Source: Amoebophrya sp. A120 (Eukaryota; Protista; Dinoflagellata). From it: a DNA stretch of 64,000 bases. Made by a program: the position numbers and the translations under genes. The stretch covers positions 3,859,706-3,923,705 of the forward strand of contig CAJINV010000001.1 in the NCBI GenBank assembly GCA_905178155.1, written 5' to 3'. The notes beneath the pieces were generated by a model. That model made no database searches. It saw only the letters and a program-made list of their open reading frames with translations, and was not told the origin of the DNA. Shown piece after piece: positions 24,101 through 37,225 of the stretch. Within the stretch, counting starts at the first letter, position 1; every line of letters begins with the position of its first letter.

Positions 24101-26524
24101 CCTCAGGTTCAAAATCCTCAAAGTGGAAATAATTTGTAATGCAAAAAAACGACTCCAGTTGAAGCGCCATTTGTAGTCGGCGCATGACAAATTTCCGGGG
24201 CACTTAAAGCATGTCTGTCATGCAGGTTGAGGCAAAGGGGTGCCCTTCTCTCGTGCTAAGCAGCACTCCAATTCTTCATCCGGAGGACGACAATAGTCGG
24301 CCTCCGTTGCGTCCTCTGCAATACAGTCTTTTTTGCGTCGCATTTCATGCATCACAAATTATTTATTCCACTTTGAGGATTTCCCTTCTGAGGCTTTCAT
24401 AAAGGACCTGGTGCTGACCCCGGGCAAAGATTTCCCAATCAAGTGGGATGTGGTGGACTGTGTGACGCCCCGCGCGAGCCGCGCCGTGTTGGACGCGCAG
24501 CCGGTGTTTGGCGACGTGTTCTGCTCGGCCTTCCTCGCCCAGGACTGGCGTCTGCAGGAGTTCGCGTTGACCACGCTCGCAGCGCACCTCGACCCCTTGG
24601 TGCAGCGCATGCTCGACGAGGGGTCGCACAAGTGCGGCCCAGCGGTGGACGATAATTATTATTATGCACAACAGCACGGCGGTCTGGACGGAAGCAGGAA
24701 AAATCGAACCGGTTACACTTCTACGCTCAGTAGGAGTGTGAACAATAAACCCGGCGAAGAGAATGAGAACAACAATCCGCAGGTAGATCTCGAAGTGAAA
24801 CAGGACACGCGGTACGTGCGTGATTTGAACAGCGCGCGGTCGAAGAGACACCTGGTTGCACCGTCGTCGCCGCAAACCAGGCGCGACTCCTTCAGTTGGA
24901 GCCCAAATAATTCCGATCAATACCCACCGGCGCCACGGAATCTCTCCTCCTCGTGGCTCCGCGAGTCGGGGAGTCCGCGCAACTGGGAACAGAGGCCAAT
25001 CACCATGTCCAGAATTTTTCGCGTTCTCTGCGACCTAGTGCTCGCAGCCGTGGACACGGAAAACACCAAGCGGAAGAAGGTACTTCTATCTTTACTGAAT
25101 TCTGACTCCACCGCTTCTCGTCGTTGTACTTCGGCTTCCCTGGTGGTGTCACTGTTACCCTCCCGGAGGTCCAGTATAGAAAATCTGAACTACTCTTTTC
25201 GTGATGAAGTGACCAGGGATAATCGTGCGGGTTATAATCTCGGTTTTCTTGTTCTACTTCTCCTCCCTAAATATCAATAGGAGCCCCTCTACCAACAACT
25301 GCTTGAGCTTGTCATTATCCTCAGGTCCCACTCCAAATCGCGGCGGTGCAATTTCTGGAAAAGCTGACCACCGCCCGCTTTGTCGACGACATCCCCGTGC
25401 GGGTCGCGCTTGCCTGTCTGAAGAAACCTTGTTCAAGTTTGATCGCCAACTTGCTCGGCGATGCCAACAACCGGCTGCACCACGTCACCGAGAGCTGTCT
25501 AGCTGCGATCATCACGCAACTGGGTCCGACCCCGGTGGTTTCCGCACTCGTCTCGCATCCAGACGCGCCGCCGGCGGGGGGGAGGGACAGCTCTCTGTCC
25601 CGGTCGACTGCGCGGTCCCCGAACAAAAGCAAGACCAACCCGAAAATGACGCCGAGGCTGGTTCACCTCCCGTGGCGCGCGTTGGAAGCGCGCCTGGAGC
25701 TGCTCCACTCCCTCGTCAGCATATGCGGCCCGCCCAGTCTGATCCCGTCGAAAAACTACAGCGTGCCCAATTTGATGCCGTTGGTGATCACGGGTCTGAA
25801 CCACCAAATGTGGGACGTGCGGCACTTGGCGATCGAGGTCTGCACGTTACTGTTCCAAAACGTCGGGTTGAAATTGCTTCCCTACCTCCAGGAAGTGCCG
25901 CCAAACTTGATCGAGTCGCTGAATGTCCGATTCTCCGAAGTCGACGCGGGAGAGTACGAGGACGAAGAAGATTTCGCGCTCGCTTTGTCCCAAGCCCGGT
26001 CCGAGGTCGCCACCGCCAGCTCCCCGCGCCCGCGTGGCGGTGCGGCGACTTCCACGCAGCATGGCTTTTCGTCCACGAAAAGGTCTGGCGCCGGCAGTCC
26101 GCAATCCAGCACAGCGCTGGACGACACCACGGGTCCGGGTGGGAATTTGATGGACAAGAGCATGCGCCGGACGGTGGGATCATTAGAAAAACGGGCGGCG
26201 CGGGAGGAAAACGCCGCGAAGCAGGACGCGTCGCCGCGTCCGCGGTCGAGCCGCCGCGGAGGCGCCCGCAGTCCCGGCAGTAGAAGTCCTGAGGCGACCG
26301 ACGCAGTGCCAAGACGGCTGTCGGAGCCCCGGCTGTCCGATACCAGCCAGGCGCGCGAGTACATGCAAATACGCAAGTCAGGAACCGACTCCCCATCCGC
26401 GAGTCAGCGAAACGTGCTTGTAGAGCGCCCACCCTCCCACTCCTACGAGGACTACCAGTTGCAGTACGAAAATCGGATTTCCCGCGCCCTTGGCCGGGAC
26501 AGCACGAATAATCTGCTAAAATGA
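18172..26524 (+). CDS. CEP104: CEP104-like ciliary/centrosomal protein (N-terminal jelly-roll, coiled coil, TOG-like domain), ~1965 aa
   Basis: Exons 18172-19147, 19421-19821, 20089-20790, 21945-23733, 23936-24092, 24407-25079, 25325-26524 (5898 nt, open). GWKS..CNYPQELILEL and WLKLVL..NPYSRVLVKSLEIWGE match the CEP104 N-domain as I recall it; VFGDVFCSAFLAQDWRLQEFAL resembles the start of the TOG domain. Confidence 0.72.
19148..19415. mobile_element. Family A introner-like element
   Basis: TATCAAGTGCGAATATGGCTGGGTCTGGAA / TTCCAGACCCAGACATTTTTACATTTGATA; DR AGGAC; frame restored. Confidence 0.95.
19822..20083. mobile_element. Family A introner-like element
   Basis: Perfect 30+ bp TIR TATCAAATGTAAAAATGTCTGGGTCTGGAAGA; DR TGGTG; frame restored (QMVLPRP). 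Confidence 0.97.
20791..21944. mobile_element. Long (1.15 kb) TIR element interrupting the CEP104-like CDS
   Basis: ~85-90 bp near-perfect TIRs (20791-20880 / 21854-21943). CTTCTA repeated at 20785-20790 and 21939-21944. Removal joins DDGLL-TRERSAAVELL in frame. Confidence 0.9.
24093..24401. mobile_element. Family B-related introner-like element
   Basis: TATGAAAGCCTCAG..AAATCCTCAAAGTGGAA / TTCCACTTTGAGGATTT..CTGAGGCTTTCATA; DR AAGGA; frame restored (YKDLVL). Confidence 0.95.
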
Positions 26525-27370
26525 AGAAGAAAATGTAGGATTATCACGGTCACTAGCAGCTGCAACACGAGTTCTTGCTTGTTACTCTCAGAGCAGAACT
26601 TTTGGTCTCAACATGGCTCTGAGTGCAGACAAGAACAGACGCATGCAAGTAGGAAACGCGCACTTGGTCCGCACTATTCCAGCATTTGTTCCCTATGCGG
26701 CATTTTCTATGTCGACTGATGATGAGTTTGAATATCATCTTCAACTTCTACCTCACAAAAGAGAAGCGGCAGCGCCAGCGGACTGATGCAGCGTAGTACA
26801 TGGCTTGTTCGCAGTCGCATCGATCTGTATGTGCAAATTTTTTACATTAGCACGTTTTCACTGTTAGTGTAGTTCACAAGATCCCGTGTGTCAATCATGG
26901 CTGATGCATTTCTGTGTAGTGCTGCGATTTTGTTTTTTTTTTTGCTATGTATCTAGAGGCGCTTATCGCAAAAAATCGCTATCGCTATTAATGTGGTATT
27001 TTGTAATTCGCGGTCGTGCTTTGATCTGCCCACTGATTCTGTCCGATGAAAAGTCTGTTTTGTCTTGTGTGTGCCAGGTCATCGTTTCTTTTTGAATTGC
27101 AGTCGAAACAGCTCAAGATAGCAATTAAGGATAGGCCGTGGCCGTGCATAAGCTGAAGGTACTAAGTAAAAAGATGATTATGATTTGCAGATCATGAATG
27201 TAGTTTTGTTAGGTCGTCGAAGGATCACCAAAGCACCGGCGCACTTCTGGCAGACAAGAACTGCGCAAACCTATTTTGTTTCTGTTTATTGTTTCTGTTT
27301 CACGTAGACGGTACAACTACAACATGAACATCATCGCCGCTTTTACCTATCATGGTTTAATGCTAAGCGC

Positions 27371-30300
27371 GTGGGCGTGCCACGCCTCGGCCTCCGCCTG
27401 CTGTGCATGTGTTTGAGCGAGGCAGCAGGACGAAACATACACTGGCGCGCCGACGCCGTAATGCAGATGCAGAGCATCTCCATGCCCATGGTCCCAAGAG
27501 TAACTACATCAAAAGTGGTTACTTCCACCGGCGCAATGAACAAGCTTGTCGGCTTGTCAGTAATATGCCCTCTGTGGTTTGTTCTATGTTTCTCCACTAC
27601 AACCACTGGCGTGCGCATGTGGCACGCACCCGAAGCACCGCCGCGCCTGGGCGCTACTCACGCGCAACCCGGCGGTGGAGTGGTATTAAACGCTCCCGTC
27701 GATGACGACGCGGAACTGGATCGGTGGAACGAAGAACGAGGCCACGTGATCCAGCCGATACAGGTAGTCATGCAGCTGGCCTCCACCTCTGCCCAGCTCC
27801 ACCAAAAACAGGAAGAGGCCAAGGCTCTCCGCGCACAGTTGGATCACCACACCATCAGTAAAAGAGAGTGCGAGCGGCGTATGGCGTCGCTCGAAACGGA
27901 AATAGAAGAGATGAAGAACGCCAAGAGCCAGGCGAAGGAGCACTCGAAGCTGCGACACGCGGAGCGGGAGCGGACGTTTAAAATTGCGCTGGATAACCAG
28001 GAGCGGGAGGCGTCGGAGAAGCTGTCGCAGGCGGAACTGGAGAAGAAGAGACTTTTCGAGGAGAAACTCAATTTGGAGCGCCAATACCGGACGAAAACGG
28101 CAGAACTGCAGAAGCAAATGCAAGAGCAGCAGCGGGCGACTCTGAAGGAGGGCAAGGACTTGTTGAAGGGGTTGCAGGGGCAGGTGGGCTCGCAGGCGAA
28201 AAAGATCGCATTGCTTGAGAACCGCACCAAGGAGGCGGAGAAACAGCGGAAGGAGGCACAGCAGAGCTGCAAATTGCAAACGAAAAACACAGAGAAGCTA
28301 TGCGAAGAACTAAAGGACATCGTGACGCGAGCAAGAGCCCAGATGGTTGGAAATGCAAAACAACAGCAAGGAAGTCCGACTGGAGCAGGAAAAAAGAAGC
28401 AGCGTGGGGCGGGATCGTTTGCAGGCCCTTGTCAAGAAGAACTCGAGGTAATATTAAAACCTCAGTCAATCTTTTATACTCGACCTGTGCTTCGCTTCTT
28501 CTTGGTAGCGACCGGGAGACCTGAAAATGTGAATCAATATGATCATGTTGAGTACTTCTGCTTGGATTCTGTTATACCGCAGGCGTAGGCGTTTTGGTTC
28601 GAATACAACGGAAATCGATTGTTCGCAGGCACTGATCACCGGCGTATTATCGCAAGTGGAGGGAGCTCTGGCCAAAAGACAGCGAGTTCCTGCATCCTCT
28701 GCTTCATCCTTTGAAGCGGTTCCAGAAGCTGACCACGCTGCAAACGAAACGCCCTGCAGGAACACCAGCAGTCCTCCGAGTCTACTGTTGAAGTCCGGCC
28801 TGAAGCGCACAGTGTCCTATGGAGGATCGTCTGCCAGCAGCGAGCAGCGACCGCTCTCCGACACGACCGCGGTGGAGGCCGAGCTGCAACTTTGCGAAGA
28901 TCTGCAGAACCTGGATTTGCAGGACCTCGCGGACCAAGCAATGCGAAAATTTGAGCAGGTGGATCTCAGTCTGGTAGAAGGGTTAGCAAGTGCCATGCTT
29001 GCCACTGCTGCTGAAACCGCCGAAGATGGCGAGGATCCACCATCTCTGTGCGCGTCGCCCGTAGATTCCATTTCGCCAAAAGATGATATTCTTCCTCCAA
29101 GCGCAATAGCAGGAAAGATTCTTCGTTCGAAAGCTGCTTCAGCCTCCTGCGATGTGGACCACGAAAGGGACAGGGACTCCACAATCTCTGGCGGAAGTAG
29201 CCGAAGCACACGGCCAGGCAGCTGCACGCCTCTGAGTTCCTGTTCTGTCGGTCTTTCAAGTCCTGGAGGTGGGGGCGGTCCCAGGGATAACAAAAGTGAA
29301 TGTACAACTCCGTCCCCAGCGAGTGGCAGCTGTAAGACCAAGACGCCGGGTCGCTCCTCGCCGAATGCAATGGCTGGCACTAGAAAAGGAGACCAGAAGT
29401 CATCTTCCAACACGACTGCCAAGAACAGGTTTGTGCGGCAAAAAACGCCCACAGATGAAGGAAGTTTGCATGATCATGCTGACGATGACGAACTACTGGC
29501 AGCGGCGATGCGGGAGAACAAGAGTTGCAGGAAAGCAGCGGAGCAGCCAACACCGCAAAACTCGACGACCTTGAACGATCTTTGTGCCGGATTCAAAAAG
29601 ATGGCGATTGGTTCGCGAAAGTATCTAGAAGCGAGCCGAGAAGAGTGGCGGGACCTGTACCAACACGCAGCTACGATGCAGGATGAGTTTTACGATTTCA
29701 TTCGGAATGAAATCTGCCAGGAATTCGTCCCCTACCTTGGAAAACGCACACAGGAAGTCTGCCAGTCGACAAAAAATCTCGCCCAACTCGTCGCAGCGTC
29801 CGTTAAAGAACTTTGGCAGGACGACGTGTTTTGGCAGTGGCCGCCGGCCAAGAAGTGGGACGCGCTTGCGTACGACAGTTTCCGAAAGTTCAACGCCGTG
29901 GCCTTTACCTGCGCGGTGTTTGCCGCCTGCACGCACGGGTGCGGCTACAAAATGGGAAACTTTTTCCTGGAAAGCACGCCGGTCCCCAAACTCTGCTGCG
30001 TGGGGACATTCACCTATCTGCAGCAGACCGCGATGCACGAGATTTTCATCCCGGCCCGGGATTCCAACCAGCTGTGCTACCGGTCCGCCGCGGCCTGGGT
30101 GCTGTGCAGTGCGGCGATTGCGTTCGTGTTTGTGGACCGGATCAAGACGCAGGAGGAAGTGCACAAATTCATGATCGAGAATGAAAGGTACTATCTCCAC
30201 CCGACCGCGCTGGTGCCCATTGAGGCCAGCTTGGCGCTGGGCGCGCACCTGATTATGGCCTTGTGGTGCACGGTGATACGCCCACCTGGTGGCGTGCGGG

Positions 30301-31214
30301 AGCATTTGTGCAAGATGTCGTGGCCACAAATCTTGGGCGGGGTTGACGTGACCAAAGCGTTGGAAGTAGCAAAGAAGGACTGCGCAGCGGCGACGGGCGC
30401 GTGTGACAAGTGCGGAAAAACGGACTGTCGCCAAGCTGCTGCTGCGCGCGCTGCAACATCCTCCCAAGAAGGTGTCACTATGTCAAAGAACCAGAGAATG
30501 AAGCTCAGAAAAGCACAAAAACAGGAGCTCGAAGAACAGGAAAAAAGGCAAAAACAACAAGAAGCTGGAGTAGACGTCGCGCTAAGTACAGGTAGGCAAG
30601 AACCTCCCGGACCCGAACATTTAGCTGCATCAGGCGCGGTCTTTTTCGCTGTGCGCGAAGCAGCCCTTGCGCATGCACCAACAGCGGAGAAGAAAGAGAC
30701 GAAAGAAAATCAAGGGGAAGTGACGGGCCCCAGTGCTGTCGCTGTACCAACTCCCGCAACTCTTCTGTCCGGGCGTGGGTCCGAGTCGGCCGGCCCACAT
30801 CGTAATGGCGAGATCACATTCACGGAGGAGAGTCAGGAAATAAATAAAACAACTGAACCCGCCGCCAGCTCGTATTACGCTTTTGAGGCTGCACGAGCAA
30901 CTGCTACAAGAACTGACACCCCTTCTTCTACAGCTCTTTCAGGGACCAGCACGCCGTCGGTTGTTTTACCGTCTTCCCATCCTTGGCCTTCGAAGCAGTT
31001 CTGCAGCTCGTACATGAATTGTAACAGTAGGAACAAGGACGACGCCGACACCAGAAGCGCACGGAACGTCATCAAGAGCAGCCGTGCGACCTCTCCGCAA
31101 GAAGATGCTCTAGATGGAGCAGGCGGGAAAGTCATTTCTACTAAGAGTGCTACTTCATCTCCTGGGCAGGCGTCGCGGCGGGATGAGCTCGAGCCCGAAG
31201 CACTGCTCGACTGA
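27371..31214 (+). CDS. Unknown protein with N-terminal coiled coil and a central hydrophobic/Cys-rich region; start codon uncertain
   Basis: ORFs 27371-28447 and 28629-31214 join in frame through GT-AG intron 28448-28628. No family recognised. Confidence 0.7.
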
Positions 31215-32395
31215 GCAGGGAGACGATATTTTACTCTCATAATTTTCCATTTGCTGCTCCTTCTGTAGCAAGTTCGTCGTATTATTTCACAAACGGTTTT
31301 GAATTTGGGAATAAAGCCATGTAATTGCAAGATTAGTCGAATTAGGATTAAGAACTGTAAAAAAAAATGATGCAACCGCTGCTGTTTTGCAAAAGATAGC
31401 TCTGGTAGCTGCTGTGAACGAGAACAACAATGACTGGCTGCAAAAGGAATCACTTCATTTTGATCTAGTTTTCATTTTCTCTTGTGGTTGTGTTGTCCTT
31501 GTGAGGATGCGGATGTCGCTCGAGCAACTTCATCTTCGATGAGTCATTGCCTCTGCATTCATCTGCTTCTGCGGGGCTTTCGCTTCAGAAGTACACGAAA
31601 TCAATAAATTTATATTCTTCACGGCTGCTGGTGTGTGCGTGTGTCCTCCACGGGGACACCGCTGGCGCTGCTGAAATCAATTCTTTTCAGTTGCTTGCAG
31701 GTACTGCTGGCACTATACCTGTTTACTACTGCAAAGAGTATTTCAATTCCTGTAGCAATACCTGGCCAGCCTGTGTGATATAATCGGTCGTTCTTCTATT
31801 GACGAAAAGTGTCAATGTCGGTTTGCTTTATGTTGCCAAAACAATACCGCATCCTCGGAAGCCTAGCTGAATGTACTTGACAGTTCCACTTCGGTTGTTT
31901 CCTCATCAAGCGATCTGTAGTGCGCAAGAAAATGTTGTGGATATTCACAGGAATATTTGTCGGCTCGGCTGTCGCTGTTGAAGTACCTTTCGGTCGTGAA
32001 CGATGAAAAGAAAAAGGGCAACGGCGGACCTAGTTGTAAATAAAGCTAGGACCAACAGCACCGCCTGTACTAGTTCATCAAGTACACAACGAAAGCGGAA
32101 AGTATTTTCCCTAAGAACTCAGAATGGATGTTGCTATGCCTATTCTCACTGTCTCCGTGAAAAAAATCAGGACGGCTTTGCTCTTCCTCGATGTTTATTA
32201 TGACCGTTCACGAAGTTATTTTTTTCATCCATACCACCGATCCATAATTGTAATTCATTTCATTGTACGGAAGTGTAAGTGTTTTGACTTTGAGAGAATG
32301 AATTGAAGTAGACGATGCTTGTCGTGCTTTTTACCACATATTAGTAGCATCAGCATCTTCAGGATCACCAGTCTCCCACTCCTGCATCGTCCACC

Positions 32396-35300
32396 ATGGT
32401 GGATCACGCTTCGTATTCTATGCGGGGGAACAACAGTCCTCAGATGGCCCCACAACCCTCCTCGAAGGGTAGCGGCAAGAGTGGCGGGCAACCGGGCTCC
32501 TCTCGACGGCGGAATTCGCGACAGCAGATGTTAAACGCCGCGGGCGAGCCCGCGTTAGACGACCGCGAGTTCGAGGAGTACAGCAAGCTAGCTTCCGAGG
32601 GAATGCTGGAGTCCCAATACTTGTCCGTCAGCCTGCCTCCAAATTCCCCGACCTACGGCGGCACGCAATTGCAGTCCAACGACCCTGCTATCCCTCCCGA
32701 GAGTCTCTACGTGCCACCGGTGCCCGAGCGCGACTACCAAATGCTGACGACTATGAGCGACCGATTCAAGTACAATTTCAAAACCCGGTGGGTATGGTTC
32801 GTCCTCGCGGCCGTTGTTTTCATTCTGGGCGTGGTCACGCAAAGCTACCCGTTTTTCCTCTCCGGCTACAATGTGTACTTCTGGGCGGACGCGAGCCGCG
32901 GGGCGATGCTGATCGTTCTGCCGCTCTGTTGGTTCCTCATTCTCGGCTTCATCCGGCCCTTCGCGGGGTATACGGACCGGGAGTTGATCATGCGCGGCTA
33001 CGACATCACGTCTGCGGAAGGGAAACGGGATTTGGCAAAGTACCGGAAGGTCGACCTGGTACAAACCCCGATTCGCACCTCCGCGGCGGAGCAGCAGCAA
33101 GCCTTCTACTACCAATCGCGTGCCACCGTACCGCGACTCGACGAAGATGAGGATTTGCTGAGAAAAGAGAAGTTGTACAAGAAAGACCTCCTCGCCCGGG
33201 ACCGCAGCTGCTGTTGCCGTTTGTGCTGCCCGGTGTGCAGCTTCTTGGATTGCTGCGTCTCCTGCCCGAAATTTACGGTGTTTGTCTACACAGCTCTCAC
33301 CGTTTTTTTCATGATTTGGTCCTTGTCCGCCAACATTGCCTGGGCCTCCGGCGGCCACCGCGCGGACGGGGCGCAGGGGGGACTGAAGGATCTTTTGAAC
33401 TCCACCGCGAGTCCCATGGCGGTGACGTGGTTTGCGAACATGCAGATGGACGGCTCGGCGGAGGGCCGGTGGTACAGCAACGACGAAGTCGCGGGCAAAC
33501 CCTACGACCCGGCGGCGGTCCAGCAGGACCCGTCTAAACCCGCCTGGCTGTCGCAGGCGGATCCGACAGCGAGCTACAACTACGCCAACTACACTGCGGG
33601 GGAGTTGATCGAGATTCACCGAAGGAACAACTGGGTGCCGCGGAAAATCTGGCTGTACTGGAACCAGGGCTGGGACAAGCTGAACGAGACGCAGTACTTC
33701 ATCCGGCTGTGTGTCGCGAAGTTGGAGCATCTGCACCCGGAAGTGAAGGTATCAACTGTAAAAATGTCTGGGTCTGGAAGAATTCATGTTTGTCATGCTT
33801 GTCTGGCATGACTCTTAGATCTGTCATGCACGTTACCCAAGAGCTCCGTTTTTCTGTGATGCAGAAGCGCAGCTTGTCATGCAGAATAGGCAACACCTAG
33901 GAGCTCAGAAACTTGTCATGCTGAGCCAGCATTTGTAGCGTCATCATGAGACGCCACCCAGCATCACAAGTTTCCAGACCCAGACACTTTTACTTTTGAT
34001 AGAAGGGGTGGAAAGTCAACAAAATCGACGCCGCCTGGATGGCCGCGAACTTTTCCCCGGACGAGTACGGCGTGGCGATGCGGCCCGCGACCGAGTACCA
34101 GCAGCTGCCGCCCACGCCGCCCTGCGAGGAGACCGACGTGGACGCCCCGGGGAAACCGAACTATTCGAATCAGCACAAAGGGGACCGGGCGCGGGTCGCT
34201 GTGTTGCAGCGCTACGGTGGCGTCTACCTCGATGTCACCACCATTCTCAACAACGATCTGAAGGAATATGAGGTACTGGTACAACGTGAGGGTCTTGTTG
34301 GACAAGCATCAGTTTGCTCGCTTAACTCATTCACCTCGCAATGTGAATCGATAAGCCGTGAAGTAGTTTGAGAAGTGCTTTCCGGGCTCTTTCTATGTAG
34401 GCCGTGTAATATCGCATTGAGTTGAAATATTTTTGAACCGAATCGATACAGCTCTTCACAAAAAATAAAAATGAAACACACAACCATTATTCAGGTGGAG
34501 AATCTTGCCCCGTCCCGGTTGCCGCTTTCCATTCACGACGGGGGCAAGTTGGATTACCAAGGGTCCGGTCAGACGCACATCACCATGCACCACATCATTG
34601 AGAATGCCGATCGCGGGCTCCGTCCGTTCGTTTCGCAGCCGGAGAACTGGTTCATCGCGGCGCCGCCGCAGAGCTACTACTTGACCCTCTGGCACAGCGA
34701 GTTGTACTACGCGTTCTGGAAGCCGCTGCCGGATGGTACGAAGGACTTGGACCTGATGCACGCGCGGTACATGAACCGGGTGCGGGAGCGGCACTGCGAG
34801 AACACGGCGCTGAACGCCGTCCATCCGGAGGAGTACCTGAAGGCGTACTACGCCAGCTACCTGCTGTTCTGCGTGAACGGGCCGGAAAACAACAAACGAC
34901 AATTGAACTTCCAGTACACGCTGCACCGGGCAAATATGATGATCTACTGGTTCGTCGGGGTGACGACTGGGTGGGTTTTGTACGACGACCAGTCCTTCTA
35001 CTGGTTGTCCGCCCTGGTGAACTACATCATGCCGGCACTGGGCGGTTTTTTCGAGTACCCGAACCCCTGGGCCTGGTTCTATTTGAACACGCAGTACGAG
35101 CAGCCCCGCACCTTCGACCTGGTGAAAATCACCGGCAAGCACCCGATATGAATTGCAAAAGTATCGTACTCGTATGCATTACAAATTAGCCCAGCATTGC
35201 AAATTAGCCCAGCATTACAAATTGAATTTGTAATGCTGATTTGGCTTGAGAAAGAGATTTGTAATGCATAAATGCAATTTACTACGAGTGCGATACTTTT

Positions 35301-35539
35301 GCAGTTCATACCCGAAGACCGGCCAGAGCTTTTCCGGCTGCATCAACGAGCGGCTGGCGGACGGAAACTTCAACGGGTTGCTCTACCGGCAACTGATCCG
35401 GCCGCTGAAAAGAGGGCACAAGTACGTCACGAGCCAAGCGGAGATCGACGCGATGCAGGCCCGGAAGGACTTGGCGATCCAGGTAGAACAAATGTTCAAG
35501 AATCCGGAGCCGAACTGCGGCGGAGGCAGCTGCGAATAA
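32396..35539 (+). CDS. Membrane-anchored glycosyltransferase, GT32 / capsular-polysaccharide-synthesis-like, ~831 aa
   Basis: Exons 32396-33749, 34007-34272, 34495-35146, 35316-35539. Motifs VPRKIWLYWNQGW, GDRARVAVLQRYGGVYLDVT, ENWFIAAPP; hydrophobic N-terminal segments. Confidence 0.85.
33750..34001. mobile_element. Family A introner-like element
   Basis: TATCAACTGTAAAAATGTCTGGGTCTGGAA / TTCCAGACCCAGACACTTTTACTTTTGATA; DR GAAGG; frame restored (EVKGWKV). Confidence 0.96.
35147..35310. mobile_element. Family C introner-like element
   Basis: TATGAATTGCAAAAGTATCGTACTCGTA / TACGAGTGCGATACTTTTGCAGTTCATA; DR CCCGA; internal 18-bp tandem GCATTACAAATTAGCCCA; frame restored. Confidence 0.96.
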
Positions 35540-37225
35540 ACTTATTCTTCTTGTTTTGGCCAAAAGCAAAAAATAAAAATGTTCAACATCTACGAGTACG
35601 AGTTCAACATCTACGAGTTGTATCTGACGAGTATAGGTTTGCGGAATTTGACTATTGTACAATGAGAATGGTGATGAAAATCTTTGTCTTTGAGTGATAA
35701 ACTTACTAAAGCCTCACTACTTTTTAGGGAGTCTAGACTTCCTTGGATATTTTCCTACGCCGATTTGGATATGCAAAAGTAGACCCTGAAGAAGACATAG
35801 TGCACAGAATGCGCCGCATGCTATTGCTTTTGCTTCTACGCGACAAAGAGGCTGAGCTCTACGTTTTCCTTATTCGTTATTTATTTTCATCTTTGACATC
35901 TTGTTTGTTTTTGCCAATGGTATTCACCGGCCACTCGTGGTTGCGAGTCGCTCAGCACTGCGCTGGTAGCCAGCACCATCATAAAAGATACACATACAAC
36001 ATACATTCATCAAAGTTAACTCCACGACAATTAACGACATCCACTTGAATGGGGAAAATTTTTGGTTTCACCCGGATCCGCACCAGTGTGCTTTTATACC
36101 GACAAGGTTGGGTCCTCGTTGGGCACGTCCTGGTTGAGCTGCTCTACTTTCTCACACAAACTCCAAGGGGCTGGTATTCAAGGGGAAAGCCAGGGGGGAG
36201 GTCCTGGGCCTGGCTGCTTTCCCCTTCTACCATTTGGGGACCGACCCAGACACGTCGAGTAGAACTTTCGTAGACCTTTTTTCCTGGTTCTTGGAGGTGA
36301 GAGACGGTTGTATACAAAAGTGCTACACCCGACGGCGGGCTGCCGATAGTACCACCTGAATGTCGTGGTGCTCTATTTTCTTCCTGTGTTCGGCGATAGA
36401 CCTCCAGCGGAGTACAGCGATCCTTTCATTTCCCGGTTGTAAAATGCGCAGTCAAATGCGCATGTGCAATGGAATGTAGAGCCAGAAGACAAATGGAGCG
36501 CGTACTTGAGAACTTCAATGTGAGGGGAAGGAAAAATTGCTTCTGGAGTGTAGTGCTTGTGTTTCGTAATATCGGTCGTTTTTTTTGGCCGAGTGGCCTT
36601 AGGCTGCCCCTGAAATCATAGCCTTCGGTTCTTTCTTTCGATGACTTCTAGTTTTTTGCTGAGAGCCGGAGCTAGTTGTTTGCAAGATCCGTGTAGTGTA
36701 GCAGCATCCACTATAATGTAGTTCTCGGCTCGTTCGCACGGCAGGAGCAGTGCTTGCTTTTAGGAAATTTGACACGCTATGTTCAATGCACATCACAGGG
36801 GCTGGGTTGAATCCAATTGATTCGAAAAAAGAAAATTTTTCAACTCCCACCTGGTGTAATATTCTTGGAAAATAAATTCACCTTGGGTTAGCATTCCAAC
36901 ATCTCCCAACGCTGATTGCTGGTCCGTCGTGCAAACTGGCGCGCTTTCCTCCAGCTGCCTCTTTCAGCTGAATGTTGAAGTCTACTTAAACTGCGTAGCT
37001 ACGGGAAAGATGAGCACATAGAAGATACAAAAAAGAGCACGCTAGTTTATTTGCTTTTTGTTGAATTTGAGGAACGAAACGACGACATCTTCTTGTCCAG
37101 CCAGTCGTCACTGCGTTGTCCTCGACGGCACCACGAGCCCGGTGGGCCGACGCATCTTTCGGGCGTGGTAGGAGCCAACACATTCATCACACCGCTCAGC
37201 TTGCACCACTTTGGCTGTAGTCAAG

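Noticed and set aside
32588-33736. Long minus-strand ORFs (also 22910-23923, 7886-8743, 29625-30467)
   Set aside because: Antisense shadows of GC3-rich + strand exons, with no recognisable protein features.
34213-34242. DxD motif reads DVT, suggesting an inactive glycosyltransferase
   Set aside because: D-x-T variants are, to my knowledge, common in the Caps_synth group; not evidence of inactivity.
35581-35618. 21-bp tandem repeat GTTCAACATCTACGAGT downstream of the glycosyltransferase
   Set aside because: Two copies only; an ordinary local duplication.
36181-36225. GC-rich hairpin GGGGAAAGC..GCTTTCCCC as an ncRNA or terminator
   Set aside because: Single short imperfect stem with no family features.
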